Of a stretch of DNA of 64,000 nt, positions 13,240-26,315 are shown in pieces; within the stretch, counting starts at the first letter, position 1, and each line of letters opens with the position of its first letter. The position numbers and the translations under genes were made by a program. The notes below the pieces were generated by a model. It was not told the DNA's origin and did no database searches. It worked only from the letters and a program-made list of their open reading frames with translations. The stretch comes from Podarcis melisellensis. Taxonomy: Eukaryota. The DNA lies in assembly GCA_964234715.1 (NCBI GenBank), contig OZ174275.1; one strand, 5' to 3'.

Positions 13240-14320
13240 CTTACAGTTTTACATTGTATTATAACATTTACATTGGATTTTCAACTTTACGTTATAAATA
13301 ATTTTGAGAATTTAACTTTAGTGTGCGGTGGTGGATAATCTAACCACTCTTATGTGATGCGTCAGATGTGCAGAAACAGCCAGATCCTGAACTTCCCCTT
13401 GCCATCCTGTCAGGCATGGTCCCTTGGAGTCTTTTTAGTGGGAGGTGATCTCTAAATGGCCAGCGGTAGACAGCATGGTGGTTAGATCCTTATGAATAAG
13501 GGTAGGGTCTAGATCAGTGTCTTAATGACAGAAGGGCCAAAGCTGGGCTTGGATTCAGAGGTTGACTAATAATTTTGGAAATGACATCAGAAATATTTTG
13601 TCAAGAAGCTTGTCACACTCCCACCCTAAATGTATAAAGTTCCCTCTCTTGTTGCAGCCCCACCAACATTGGGATGAAGTCGCAAAGGTGATGCGAGAGA
13701 GCTTGACCAGAGTCCAGTGCCAGCAGAGCGCTACCTTCAGCATTGCCTCCTGGACTTTGGCCAAAATGGTCTTTATAGGAGGCTTTGCCCATATTTTACT
13801 CCGGGGGTCTTCATATAGTGTTGAGCCTGGGTCGTATTCTCATGCCTAGTGCAATCCATCTGCATTTCCCATCTTGCAGTCAATCAGCAGTTTATAAATA
13901 AAAGAAACAGAACCCTTTGAGTACGAAGCAGAATGTTCAAAAACCCCGTTGAAGCACAGACTAGTCACTTCCTTGAATAACCTTTTAAGGAACGTCCTAA
14001 TCTGCAACAACTTAAGCCAGGAGTGTTTAACACCCTGAAACTTGTCATGTAAGACATTCCTTGTATAGGTCTCCCTCTAGTCATTAAATCTCTAATTTTG
14101 TACAACCCTTTTTCCTTCCACCCCTGATATGGAGCATATGTATCTTGAAAGTGGAAAGCAGGGTGATTAAGAAAAGGTAATAAGGGGGAGTCCCTGGAAC
14201 AAATAATAGTGTTCAAGGTGGAGTGGAAATGGTGCTGTGCAAAGTACACTTTGGAATGGCAATATTGTTCAATAGAAGAGGCATCATAATCCATTTACAG
14301 TGCAAATTCAGCAGATTCCC
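13240..14320 (-). mobile_element. L1 LINE ORF2 3' remnant
   Basis: Minus-strand ORFs give SPLLPFLNHPAF...WKEKGLYKIRDL and CWWGCNKRGNFIHLGWEC (L1 C-terminal Cys-rich knuckle); boundaries approximate. Confidence 0.75.
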
Positions 14321-14454
14321 CCTTCCCCATGTTGTAATGATGTGAAACGACTGTTACCTTTGCTAAGTTGTGTGTGCCTGAGATGCACATGCTAATACAC
14401 AAAGCATCTGTAGTGATAGGCCTTTAGAGTGGAATATTTTTTATTTCAATTTAG

Positions 14455-14546
14455 ATCCAGGACATCATTGTTCAGACTCAAGAAGGCCGGGAAACCCGTT
14501 CCGCGAAGGATGCATTGTTACTCTGGTGTCAAATGAAAACTGCTGG
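14455..14546 (+). CDS. SPTB: SPTB exon 5
   Basis: [31 protein letters not shown]; 92 nt; read by hand, not in the ORF track. Confidence 0.95.
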
Positions 14547-15511
14547 GTATGATGACTGCTAATATTTCCAACTCAGTGAATGCACGGTAAACCAGTTGGC
14601 TTAAGCCTGCAGAACCAGCTAGGGAAACCTGGATGGGACCATGATGTTGGGCCATGTTCCTACTCAGTTCTTACCAGTGATATAACTAAAACTCTCCATC
14701 AAAGTATACCACAAAGGACAGAGATCTTTCAGGGCTGTGTCATAAGGTTGTTTTAAAATGGGACATATGACTGTTTTTATAATTGTCCTCATAATATTCT
14801 CCTTTGTGCCACAACGGCCCCGTTCTCTGTAAAGAATCCAAGCACAACTTCTCTCCCCTCCACCACCATTACCTTGGTATCTTTCACTTTTCATGAATTG
14901 TAATTGTAATTCCCTATATTGTAATTGATTCCCTATATTTTTGAAGGAATCTCTTTTGGATTGTCCTATGTTTGGGACAAGGTGAAAATATTTAAAGTGT
15001 CTTCCAACATTGCACTTTGGTGGGTATACAAATGCTCGCAGTGGAGGGGAGCAAGAATCCCAGGCAGGGCATCTCTGGGGGCCTGTTCTTCCAGCTCTAT
15101 CTGCAATGTAGCCACTGCACATGCTGACGTCTTGTTTCAAGTGCCATGAACTGAGTCATTTGTGGGTAGACTGATAATGCACGGAGAACTCTCTAGAGGG
15201 CTTTTTCATTTATCACTTTATATGCTTGAAAATCTACTTCAGGAGGGTGCAAAAAGCCCAAGCATCCCATGATATGTTAACCTTGACATGACTATCTCAG
15301 CGCAGATGAAACTAGGAGCCAGAACATTTCCGTTTTCACAGTGAGGAGAATCAATTGCAGGAGTAGCCCCTCTGATCCTCATCATTATTATATTGTTTTA
15401 AAATGGGAAATCTGCTTCCAATATGATTAACGGAGCATATATCTTTGTGTATTTTTGGAGTGCATAGAAGGAAGTAGCTAGAAAGGATGGAAACAGCCTG
15501 TGGGCCACAGT

Positions 15512-15835
15512 CAGCATTCCCCCAACCCGGTGCTCTTCAGATATTCTGAGCTACAACTCCTGTTATCCCTAGCTTATGTTGGTTGGGGCTAATGGGAGTT
15601 ACAGTCCAAAGCAAGTAGAAGGCACCAGGTTAAGGAAGGCTGAGCTTGTCCATCCCATGGAATGCTAATTGGTCTTTGCTGGTCTTAGAGCAGAATTCAG
15701 GAGCTACCAACATGGTGCCTTCCAGAAGTTGTTGGACTACAACTCCCATTATACCTGACCATTGGCCATGCTAACTGGTGCTGATGGGAACTGGAGTCCA
15801 ACAACACCCGAAGGTAACCATGTTGGCTACCCCAA
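15512..15835. mobile_element. Two adjacent palindromic MITE copies (15512-15642, 15698-15835)
   Basis: ctacaactcc...gggagtt/ctggagtcc hairpin cores. Confidence 0.7.
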
Positions 15836-16160
15836 ACCTGGATGACCAGAATTGTCCATCCAGACCAAACATCCTTCTTTTTATGGAGCAGCACCTGCAC
15901 TTTGAAATGCAAACTGTGCCTGCTAGCATTTCCCACATCTGCCTTTTAATTAAAAGTTAATTCTTTTTGTTTTCCAAAGTACAAGATGTGGCTCGAAAAT
16001 GTAACTTGTGCCAATCGAATTGTGCATCGGTTGTTTTCTCTTTTAGAGAAAAGCTTTTCCTCATATAAAATAAGGTCTGTAATTGGATTACCGTTTTGTA
16101 ATCTCTTGGACTGAATTATAAATCCTTTTGTCTTCCCTGTTATTTCCCTTTGTAACGCAG

Positions 16161-16241
16161 CTATCCCCATGTTAACGTCACCAATTTTACATCCAGCTGG
16201 AAGGATGGCTTGGCATTCAATGCCCTTATTCACAAGCACAG
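16161..16241 (+). CDS. SPTB: SPTB exon 6, CH2 domain
   Basis: YPHVNVTNFTSSWKDGLAFNALIHKHR; |gtaagg; 81 nt. Confidence 0.95.
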
Positions 16242-16874
16242 GTAAGGTCTGGGGACAAGCCCTTCAGAGAACTTAAGTGCAGTGGGTTGATGGACACCTG
16301 AATGTTTTGCTGGTGTTCCTGAGCTAGCCTAGTAATGATGAGTGTATGTGCACACATTTGGCCTCATCTTTCCTCCATGAACTCTGCCTCATTCCCTCCA
16401 CTAGTCTGCTATAAGTCTCAGTTATCATTCTTGCTATTTGGAGGTGAGTGCCATTTCTTATGTGTCCAAAACGTCATGATCCATGAACACAAAAGAACGA
16501 GGCCAATGAGGACTGAGCATGCCCAGCAGTCGTGGAATGCTGAAATAGACTTGCATTCAACCAACTTTTTACTCAGAGTACATCCATTGAAATGAAAAGT
16601 CCTAGGTTATACATGGCCATGAATTCCCATGGGTCTATTCTGAATAAAAGTTAGTTGAATATAACTCTGAATGTTGGGGAGGAGGGAGATATTGTGTGTG
16701 AGGAGGAACAGAATGGAGTATCTCACTGACAGAGACACCGAAGAGGAGAAGACCACACTGCAGCATTTTGTTGCAAGCCTCACTTGTAAACTTAGCTTTC
16801 ACTTCCTTTTGCATGGTCAAGTTGGCCTACCATACTGCGTGCTTTAACTTTCCCACTGTCCTCTTAATTTTTAG

Positions 16875-16990
16875 GCCTGACTTGATTGACTTTGAAAAGC
16901 TGAAGCACTCGAACGCCAGGCACAACTTGGAGCATGCTTTCATTGTGGCGGAACGGCAACTTGGCATCACCCAGCTTCTTGACCCAGAAG
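16875..16990 (+). CDS. SPTB: SPTB exon 7, CH2 domain
   Basis: [22 protein letters not shown]...LLDPE; |gtgagt; 116 nt. Confidence 0.95.
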
Positions 16991-17281
16991 GTGAGTTTGT
17001 TTGGCTCTGTGCCTGCCCTTTTTAAATTGAGAATTGAGCTGACGAAGCAGATGAGAATTATACAGAAGAAGTGTCCGTAAGTGCTGAGGAAATGGTGGCT
17101 CACCTGAGGAAGCCTCTGAATTGGCTGCAGAATGTCTGACTATAGAATATCATGAAGTTATGTATACATAAAGGTGGATGCAAAGCTCTGAGGTTTTTTT
17201 GCAGCTGTAAGCTCTCTCACAGCACAATCCACCAGAAAGCTCTTCTGTTGCTGCATTGCTCTGAAATGAAAGGGAGTTACA

Positions 17282-17427
17282 GGGAGAGCTCAGTCAGCAG
17301 AGCATGGGACTCCTCATCTCAGTGTCGTGGGTTCATGTCCCATGTTGGGCCAAAGATTCCTGCCTTGCAGACAAGTGAACTAAACAACCCTCATGGTCCC
17401 TCCCAACTCCACGATTCCTTGATTCTA
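17282..17427 (+). mobile_element. tRNA-derived SINE with CR1-type 3' tail (lacertid P.s.1/POM-like)
   Basis: A/B-box-like head (agctcagtcagcagagc...gggttcatgtccc) and tail ggtccctcccaactccacgattcc...gattcta. Confidence 0.75.
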
Positions 17428-17864
17428 AATCTTTCTGTATTCTTGTGCGTGCATTTTTTAATCAGAGCCTTTGATGCTGTATTTTTAGTCTGCTGTTCCT
17501 GATCATGGGTTTTATTATGATGTGTTATGTGTGTTTTGTTGTTCAGATTGTTGTCTTTCTTTCTATATTTTTATTTATGAGCCACATTCAGTCTGATTTT
17601 TTTTTTATAATAGAAAGGAAAGCTATAAAGTCCAAAATTTAAGCACTGCACATAGACACAAATCAGCCATGCTGCATGCAGTATGAAAAAAAGTTCTTTG
17701 TGGAAGTCATTCTTCCAGTTGTGCTCCATGAATGTTTTTCTGTAAAGCCAGCATAGCTAATGGTTAGGAGTGATGGGAGTTGTAGTCCCAACAGCAGAGA
17801 GGGCCACAGATTCCTCCTGGTTTGACAGCTGTGGAGTGCATTAAAAAAAAACATCCCCTTATCA

Positions 17865-18313
17865 CTAGTCACAACTTTGGCGGTTTAGGCCTTGGGCGGA
17901 ATCCTATAGTCTTCATCCAGTTGGGTGGTGGTGAAGTAGTTCTCTGCAGCGGCTATAACAGGGTACCCCGTTAGAGGGGTCTAGAAGAAAGTCTCTGTCC
18001 AAAGAGCCAGTTGCATAGGGCCAGTGGGCCATAAAGCTTCCCTTGGCATTGGAGGACCATCCACGTAAACCTGCATTTTGCAATGGATCCATCCCCCGAA
18101 TAGACTCTGTCATGCCTCAGTTTCCCAGCGTGGGAGCTGGGAGGGATACACACCCAATGCCTATGCCAAGGCTTCCTATGTCTGAATTCAACAAAGTTCC
18201 ATCCATATTAAATCCCAGACCGTTGTTGTGTCCATTCATTTCCCCTCCTTAGCAGTTAGGTGTGTCGGATGGGTGGACTCTGCGCCAGGCACGCAATGCA
18301 AAATTCTTCCACA
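17865..18313 (+). mobile_element. Possible solo LTR
   Basis: GC-richer block with TATA-like ccataaa, ATTAAA followed by gttgttgtgtcc, ending in ...CA; no TSD found. Confidence 0.25.
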
Positions 18314-19391
18314 ATAAGTTTCTCCTACAAGGATGGGCAGTGTTGTTGTTGTTTTTGTTGTGTGTGTTTTAAAAAAAGAATTACTTTGTAATAAAGAATT
18401 GGGGAAAATGCCCCCCCCCCCGTGTAGCCAGGAGATGGGTGTGTGGGTGGGAAGGGGAAGAAGTGAAGATCTTCCTGGGACTGGTCCAGGCGGTCTATCA
18501 AGTGACAGAAGTGGAATGGGAGCAATGAAGCTGAGTGTCAGCTCAGTTGCAATCTGAGTAGGCTGTGGAGTTCTCTTGCTGTGAAGAGCGAGGTGTGTGT
18601 ATCTGAGTGTGCTGTGTTGCTTTCAAGGGGTGGAGGGTGGCAGTGCACACCAGCTCTGCTCTGCTCCGTCCACTTGCTGTGTCCTGGGCTGTAATGACAT
18701 GGCAGATGCTACAGTGATTCTCAGGTATTGGTCATCACCTGAATGCACAGGAGGCACTGGATCGGGTTGCTCTCACTTCTTTCTAGAGTTCTCCCAATAC
18801 TGGTGGTGCATGAAATCTTTTCCTCCTCCCCCCCTTTTTTTTACACCAGCAACTTCTTGTGGGTGATAAAAATTGCTTGCAGGGCCTATAGTTCACCATG
18901 CCTGGTTAGGTGAGAGGGAGTTTGTGCCCAGCAGTAAGTCAGCTAATTAATTACCAAGCAGGGCTTTCTTGAAGTCAGAATGCAGTGGTGCTGAACCCCA
19001 TGATCCAGTTTAGATGACACACCTACCCCTAGAAATTGTGGGAAGTGTTCCTGCTCCTCAGTAAGTTGCCGTACTGTTAGAAGGCACATACCTTTTTCCT
19101 TTTGACATATCGCATATCCTCCCCATGGAATTCAGTACAGTTGTGGTTGTAATTATTTTGCTTTTGTTTGTTTATTAGAGAGTCAGGGCTGCTACATGCA
19201 TTATTCCAGTTAGGAAAAGAAGTTCTTATGCCTCTAATCTTTGCTCCCATGCATTCCATTGTTTTTATATCTGAGGCTGGCTGGGCGGTGAGGTGGCTCA
19301 TTCTGCTACATTGTGGTGTTCTGCTACAAATTGGAAAACAAAGCTCTTGGGCACAGTGCAGAGCTCTCTTGGCATTCTGTTTTCTATTCAG

Positions 19392-19504
19392 ATGTCTTCA
19401 CGGAGAACCCGGATGAGAAATCCATCATCACCTACGTAGTTGCTTTCTACCACTACTTCTCCAAGATGAAGGTGCTTGCTGTGGAGGGGAAGAGAGTTGG
19501 AAAG
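19392..19504 (+). CDS. SPTB: SPTB exon 8
   Basis: [38 protein letters not shown]; 113 nt. Confidence 0.95.
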
Positions 19505-20440
19505 GTAAGGGCATGGTCACATAATACCACCGTAGAGCAGGCAAGTCCCCTTTCTGCCCACAGAAAACAGTTTCTTTACTAATTCCTTACTAACCCATAA
19601 TGACCAATATGGCCAGTAATTTGCTGCAATGGCAGCCCTGTCGCCTCTCAACCTCCTCTTCTGCTATGCTGGCTTTCTTCACATATAGGCTAGTCCATTT
19701 AATAGCTCTTCTTTGCAGCTATTCTAGTTTGAACTTGTTATTACTGAATACGAACAATATTGTATTATTGTTTATTTGACATAGCCACCCCTTTCCACAA
19801 AAAATGCCTCTAAACTACTTAAAAATCCATTAAATACATAAAAACATTACAATAATTTAAAAACAAATGTATAGAGAATACCCCATTCCGCTTTACTCTT
19901 TGATTCCCAGAATGCAGCTGATTTACTCAAGCCACTGAGAACTGAGGTAGCCCCTATCATCATATATAGACCCAGCTTGGTTCTGTTAGTATCTTGGTTA
20001 GGCCCTAACTGCCAGAGGTTGTGGAAACTTCTGACAGAAAAATAACTGTGAGGGGTGAGAGACTCTCTGTTAACTACCAGGGAGTGGCTTTTCCCATGTG
20101 CCTTGCCCCGCCCTCAAACCCTAGGAGTCTTCATAAGGGAGTAGTATAAGATACATAAGTTTGTGTGTGATAACTCAGTTTTAGTTCCTCTGCCTTAACA
20201 TTTGGTGTCATCTTGCTATTCTCACACTTCCTTTTACAGCTGGACAGGTGGTTCTTGTTAATCTTCCCTGACAGGCCTGAGACTTCCAGCCTGCCATGCA
20301 GCCCAGCATTTCTAACGTCAGACTTGTTGACAGTGCAGAAGATTCCCATATGTAGGATCTGTAGGTTGACAACGGGCTTGACATATTTCCTCGAGCAGCA
20401 GGTGCCAGGGGAGCAACACTTTGTTTATTCCTTTCCTCAG

Positions 20441-20628
20441 GTAATGGACCATGCGATGGAGACTGAGAAAATGATCGATAAGTACAGTGGACTGGCTTCA
20501 GACCTGCTGACGTGGATAGAACAGACCATTACCATTCTCAACAGCCGCAAGTTTGCTAATTCTCTGGCAGGCGTGCAGCAGCAACTCCAGTCCTTCAGTA
20601 CATACCGCACAGTGGAAAAACCGCCCAA
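20441..20628 (+). CDS. SPTB: SPTB exon 9, spectrin repeat 1
   Basis: [27 protein letters not shown]...YRTVEKPPK; 188 nt. Confidence 0.95.
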
Positions 20629-21484
20629 GTAAGCACCTGTCAACTGGAAGGAGGATGTGCCCCCCCCGCTTTTTGCTGATGTTTACCACCCCCCCACCCC
20701 CCCGTAGCTTAAACTGTGCCCATCTGCATTGTGACTCATTTGGTTGTGATCCGAGGCTTTCTGTGCAGATTGGGACATCGTGATGATGATAATGATACTG
20801 TAACAAATAACAGCGAGGAGCCAAGCTGAAGGGGAACAAGGCAGTTGATGTACCCTGAATTGCATTTTGTTACAATGCCAAAATAAAATGCAGTTTCAGT
20901 GGGTTCTTTTGGTGCAGTTCTGCTGCCTTCCTTCTTCTTTCAAACAGGAGGAATTTGGCAAATGTTGCTTTGTGAGTGCCTAGCGATCCCCTGACCTTGA
21001 GTTTCAAAGAGAGGAAAAGGAAAAATGCCTTCCTCTCTATAACTGTTAACCAAGGGTTTCTAAACATAAAGAGGACAACATGATGGTAGCTTGAAAAAGA
21101 TACCACGTAGTGCTGGTGTTATGTTTTAGAGGCTACAATCCCAAATAAGCTATTGCATATGTGTAGGTTTGAATCAACCCCAAATAGCTATAAGGTGTGT
21201 GTGTTCCAGTTTCTTAAAAGAACTTTTGTCACCATCATTCTTTTTAATTTATTTTAATTTATTATTTATCTGCATGCAAATTGCAATAACTGCCCTAAAC
21301 GCTGATAAGTTAGACTTCTGGATAGATGATTAGTTTATTTCACTGCTTTTTACCATTAAGCTTCTATGGCCTGAGCTCAGAACACACTGTATTTCAGTGA
21401 CTCTAGTAGACATTGCTTGTGTTGCTCATTGTGTCTTCTTCACCTAAAAGTATGTTTTCTCATTTTTGCTGTGTTCTTTGGCAG

Positions 21485-21602
21485 GTTTCAGGAGAAGGGG
21501 AACCTGGAAGTCCTGCTGTTTACCATCCAGTCAAGAATGCGAGCCAATAATCAGAAAGTGTATACGCCTCACGAAGGAAAATTAGTGTCTGACATCAACA
21601 GG
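21485..21602 (+). CDS. SPTB: SPTB exon 10
   Basis: [39 protein letters not shown]; 118 nt. Confidence 0.95.
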
Positions 21603-22431
21603 GTACCTAATGCAGTCCCTTAAAATGGTTAACAGAAATGTGATAGATTGAGAATTTCAGTGTTAGGACTTTTCTTCTAGAACTTTTTAAAATTCTTGTT
21701 TAATTAATTTAGCTGGTTGGGGAAAAGGGCCTTAGGTTAGTAACAGGGCACATAATTTGGACTCATAACATCCATGGTTCAATCCCTACTACTGCATGGC
21801 AAAAAAATGATACAGCAAGATTGGAGAGGTGATCAGCAGCTAAAGTGGAAACCAAGGAGGAAGCCACAGGGACAGCTGGATGTGATCCCACACCACAAGC
21901 TGAATATGTTTCCCTTCAAGTACCTTAGATCTGCTTTGTACAATACTTTTCCTATTCATTCTAGCAACACTGAATATAAATGCTCACATGGACAATCACA
22001 TGGACAATTTTCACATATATAGTCTGCAGCACTTTCCATGAGTGTAGTTTTTTTTTGGGGGGGTGTTTGCTGGGACCATACGAGTTGTTACCAACTAGGA
22101 TGCGTTATTGTTCAGTTTGCCACACTGTGTGTGTGTGTGTGTGTGTGTTCACATGAGCAGGTGCCTGGAAAAAAACAGGGCTACTTGCATATACAAGAAA
22201 AGTGTTGTGAGAACAATCCCTTAGAGAAAAATACAAGGAGGAACAATAGCTCTTTATCTGGCCAAGCAACATTTTGCTGATGTGAGGTTGGTTAGCGCAG
22301 CCCGTATAAGAATGGAAAGCTTTGTAGAATGTGCCACGCGGCATTACATAGGAATTGCTGCGGCCTCTTGGTTGTATATTCTGTACCTGCATACTGAATT
22401 CTCGTTCTCCTGTGTGCACACATTTGCACAG

Positions 22432-22590
22432 GCCTGGGAGAAGCTGGAGAAGGCGGAGCATGAACGGGAGCTGGCGCTGAGAAACGAGCTTATTAGGCAG
22501 GAGAAGCTGGAGCAGCTCGCCCGGCGCTTTGATCGCAAGGCAGCAATGCGGGAGACGTGGCTTAATGAAAACCAGCGCCTTGTTGCACAG
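22432..22590 (+). CDS. SPTB: SPTB exon 11
   Basis: [53 protein letters not shown]; 159 nt. Confidence 0.95.
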
Positions 22591-22833
22591 GTAATGTGTG
22601 GCTTCAGGGATTGTGCTGGCTCCAGTCTCTGATCTACCTGGTGGCATCAGAAACAGCAAGGGATGTTGGGGGGACACAAGCACTCTGTTGGCACCAGCTT
22701 AAAATGGTACCCAGATCCCTTCTGGGGAATTTGGCACACCCACCCTCCGTCACCCTCTGTTCTATAGCATGCACAAGAAAAGGCAACGTGTTGCCACACA
22801 GTTGCTAACCCAAGGCGAATTTAATTTGGGCAG

Positions 22834-23136
22834 GATAACTTTGGAAATGACTTGCCAGCTGTGGAGGCAGCAAAGAAGAAGCATGAAGCCATTGAAACCG
22901 ATACAGCAGCCTACAAGGAACGGGTCCAGGCCATAGAGGAGGTGGCCAAGGAACTGGAGATGGAGAATTACCACGACATCAAGCGCATCAATGCTCGCAA
23001 GGACAACATCCTGCGGCTCTGGGAGTACCTGCTGGAGTTGCTGCAGGCCCGGCGGCGGCGGCTGGAGATGAACCTTAAGCTGCAGCAGCTGTTCCAAGAC
23101 ATGCTGCACAGTATTGACTGGATAGATGAGATGAAA
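22834..23136 (+). CDS. SPTB: SPTB exon 12
   Basis: [23 protein letters not shown]...IDWIDEMK; 303 nt. Confidence 0.95.
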
Positions 23137-23535
23137 GTAAGGAAGGGCTTGGGTGGAATACTGCAGGTTGATAGAAAGAAGCCATCAAATTGAGGTGGAG
23201 GCTCATCCTGTGCTCCCATTGCCTGCCATTTTCCCAAGACAGATCATCTTTCCAAGTGACTTCCCCCTGCACGCCCCCCCCCCACCCCGGTTCAAAATGC
23301 AGCATTATAAACCCTAGGGAGGCAATTTGGTAATTTGGAATGAAGAACTGGCAGGCAGGAAAAGGATTAAGCTTTATTTCTGCTACTTTTCTGCTCAAAA
23401 TCAATTCATTCAGAAGCTGCTTTTCTTAAAATAACAATCGCCATCAGGCTTCACTACATGTGGTTGTACATAATGTGTAGCCTGCCCCTGGCAGAGGCAG
23501 AGAAAAGGGTACATTCTTCCTTTGTGCTTCTATAG

Positions 23536-23686
23536 GCTAAGCTCCTGTCTCCTGAATTTGGGAAGCACCTGTTGGAAGTGGAATACCTTCTTCAGAAGCA
23601 TAAACTGATGGAGGCGGACATGGTCATCCAGGCTGAGAAGGTTCGTGATGTCAGTGCCGCTGCCCTTAGATTTGCCAACGGAGATG
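23536..23686 (+). CDS. SPTB: SPTB exon 13
   Basis: [28 protein letters not shown]...LRFANGD; 151 nt. Confidence 0.93.
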
Positions 23687-23852
23687 GTAGGTGTTTTCCA
23701 AGAAGAAATTTATGACTTCCGTGAGTGAGTGAGTGAGTGAATGAATGAGTTGAGAAACCCTAAGTATAAAAGGGGAAGGAGTGAGGGGAGACCAGCTTTA
23801 TCCTTGCCTCTTCCTTTTAAAAAATGGTTTAAGGAAAATGCCTCTGTCCACT

Positions 23853-23989
23853 TAGAATCAGAGAGTTGGAAGGGACCCTGAGGGTTGTCTTGTCCAACCC
23901 CCTCCAATGCAGGAGTCTTTTGCCCAACATGGGGCTCAAACCTGTGGCCCTGAGATTATGAGTCTCATGTTCTGCCAATGGGGCTATCC
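23853..23989 (-). mobile_element. tRNA/CR1-tail SINE
   Basis: Reverse-complement match to the 17282 family. Confidence 0.75.
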
Positions 23990-25444
23990 AAGTCATCTCC
24001 TGTTCCACCTTAAATTGACTGAATTTATAGTAAAACGGGTCCAAGGTGCACTAATTAATTCATAAGTAGGGCCTTTAAGTTCAGCTAGAATCTATAGCAC
24101 TTGTTGCCTTTAAAACTGCTGGGTCCTGGGGTTTCAGGCGGCTACCTCTTGGGCCTAGCTGGTGCGATAGTAGAAAGAAGGATTGGGAGGTGGAGTCTGG
24201 ATGATATTGGAGGCTTTTCCAGATAATGATTTTCAGTGCAAGAATTGCACAGTTGTTGCTTATTTGTTGTACTGCTTCCCATTGTCTTCCCTCAAAAGAT
24301 GTGCTTCTCTTTAGGGAATATTACGTTTACTCAGGATGTGAATGTCAATGCATTGTGTGTGGCAGAAATGCAATTCTCACCTCTACTGGTTGACTAGTGT
24401 GGGTGGGAGTGCTGACTGAAATGTGGGTATGTGCCAGTACCCCAGCAGTATTTGATACAAATACAAATAGTATTTGTGACTGGGGATGGGGAAGAAAATG
24501 GATTCAGTTCATGTTTAAAGGTGAACCTACAGAATTCATACTATAGGTAAGCTGAAGCGTAGCCATCCTTTAGAATTCTAACTTTTCCCAATTTTGCAAG
24601 GCAGTTCTTCAGCCAAGTACCTAGTAAAAAAAAGGGGTTTTGTTTTTTTAAAAAAATGCATGCACTAGGGCAAAACGTGCATGAAAATGCATGTATTGGT
24701 GAAAATAACAAACAAAAATGCATTTTATTAGGGAACATGGCTTTGTAAATATGTGCACAATAAGCAAATATGTTATCTGCTAGGAGAAATTCACACTAAA
24801 ATGCTGATGAGTTTTTCGCAAAGTGTTTGGAAATTTGTAGAACTGAACTTAGAAGGGAGAAAAATGAAAAACTGAGAGAAACCAAAACTGATAAATTCAT
24901 CTGTCTCTGTTTGTTGAGTGCCACTAAGGAAGAATGACATAGTTCCTACACTCTAGGTCTATGTGCCATTTTTTAAAAGTCCACTTTAAACTATTTAGAG
25001 TCTGTCCACTGTGCATCTAAAGCTTGCAAGCACTCATGTAACCTTTTAAAATAAATTTCAGTAGCAAGTTCCATCAGAGCCACTTTCTCCACTCAGACCT
25101 GTACTCCACCATTTCAAGCAACAATTCCTTTTTCTGTTTCCTTTTTATTTTTGGGATGGTGTCCATTGTCCTTCTGAAGCTCTGCAAAGCACATATCTCT
25201 GCTTTTGCTTTTTTGTCAGAATCAATGAACAAATGGAAAGCACAACTACAGTTATTCCCCCATAGCTGTCTGTCTTCATGTCACAGCTACTTAACCACCT
25301 GTTAGGTGGGTTGGTCCCTAGCATTTTTTAAAAACCACCTGAAAGTGCCCTATCGATGTTGTGCCTTTTCCCTTTCTGACTTAAAGGAAAATGCACCGTG
25401 CATGTCTGCTGATAGTAGCTTTCTGTCCACACATGCTTGTGCAG

Positions 25445-26315
25445 GTTATCGGCCTTGTGACCCAAAGGTGATACAGGATCGGGTGAACCACCTGCAGCTG
25501 TGTCATCGAGAGCTGATGGCTTTGGCTGCGGAAAGGAAAGCTCGCCTGGAGCAGTCCAAGCGCCTTTGGAAATTCTTTTGGGAACTGGATGAAGCTGAAA
25601 GCTGGATCAAAGAGAAAGATCAGATCTATTCCTCCCTGGATTATGGGAAAGACCTGACCAGCGTTCTCATCTTGCAGAGGAAACACAAGGCTTTCGAGGA
25701 TGAGCTGCGCGTTCAGGAAACCCACCTGCAGCACACCATCAAAGAGGGAGAAGCTATGATTGCTCAAAATCATTTTGGTGCGCTTAAAATCCGCAGAAGG
25801 ATTGAGGAAGTGAAAGCCCTCTGGGCCCAGCTGCAGGAACTGGCAGCTTTCCACAAGAAAAACTTGCAGGATGCTGAGAGCTTCTTCCAGTTCCAGGTTG
25901 ATGCGGATGACTTGATGGCCTGGCTGCAAGATGCCCATCGTCTGGTGTCGAGTGAGGATGTGGGGCACGATGAATATTCCACTCTAGCCCTTGTTAAAAA
26001 GCACAGGGACCTTTTAGATGATGTAGCAGACAACAAGAGAGTCATGTACAACCTGAACAGGCAAGCACAGAACTTCCCCACGGAGTTCCGGGATGACCCA
26101 GGATTTGAGAACAGACTGAAGGCCATCCAGGCAATGTACAATGAAGTTGTGTCCCTAGCAGATCTGCGTAGGCAGAAGCTGCAGGATGCCTTGGATCTCT
26201 ACAAAGTTTTCAGTGAGACAGATGCATGTGAGCTTTGGATGAGTGAGAAGGAGAAGTGGTTGGAACAAATGGAGATTCCTGATACCTTGGAGGACCTGGA
26301 TGTTGTGCAACACAG
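25445..26315 (+). CDS. SPTB: SPTB exon 14 (largest exon)
   Basis: [13 protein letters not shown]...[10 protein letters not shown]; 871 nt; core of ORF 25306..26319. Confidence 0.96.

Noticed and set aside
17282-17350. tRNA-like sequences (also 23930-23990, 29680-29746, 29960-30030)
   Set aside because: They are degenerate SINE heads attached to LINE-derived tails, not tRNA genes.
25381-25968. 195-aa minus-strand ORF (also 22105..22683, 22762..23109, 37992..38381)
   Set aside because: These are antisense shadows of SPTB coding exons with no independent protein features.
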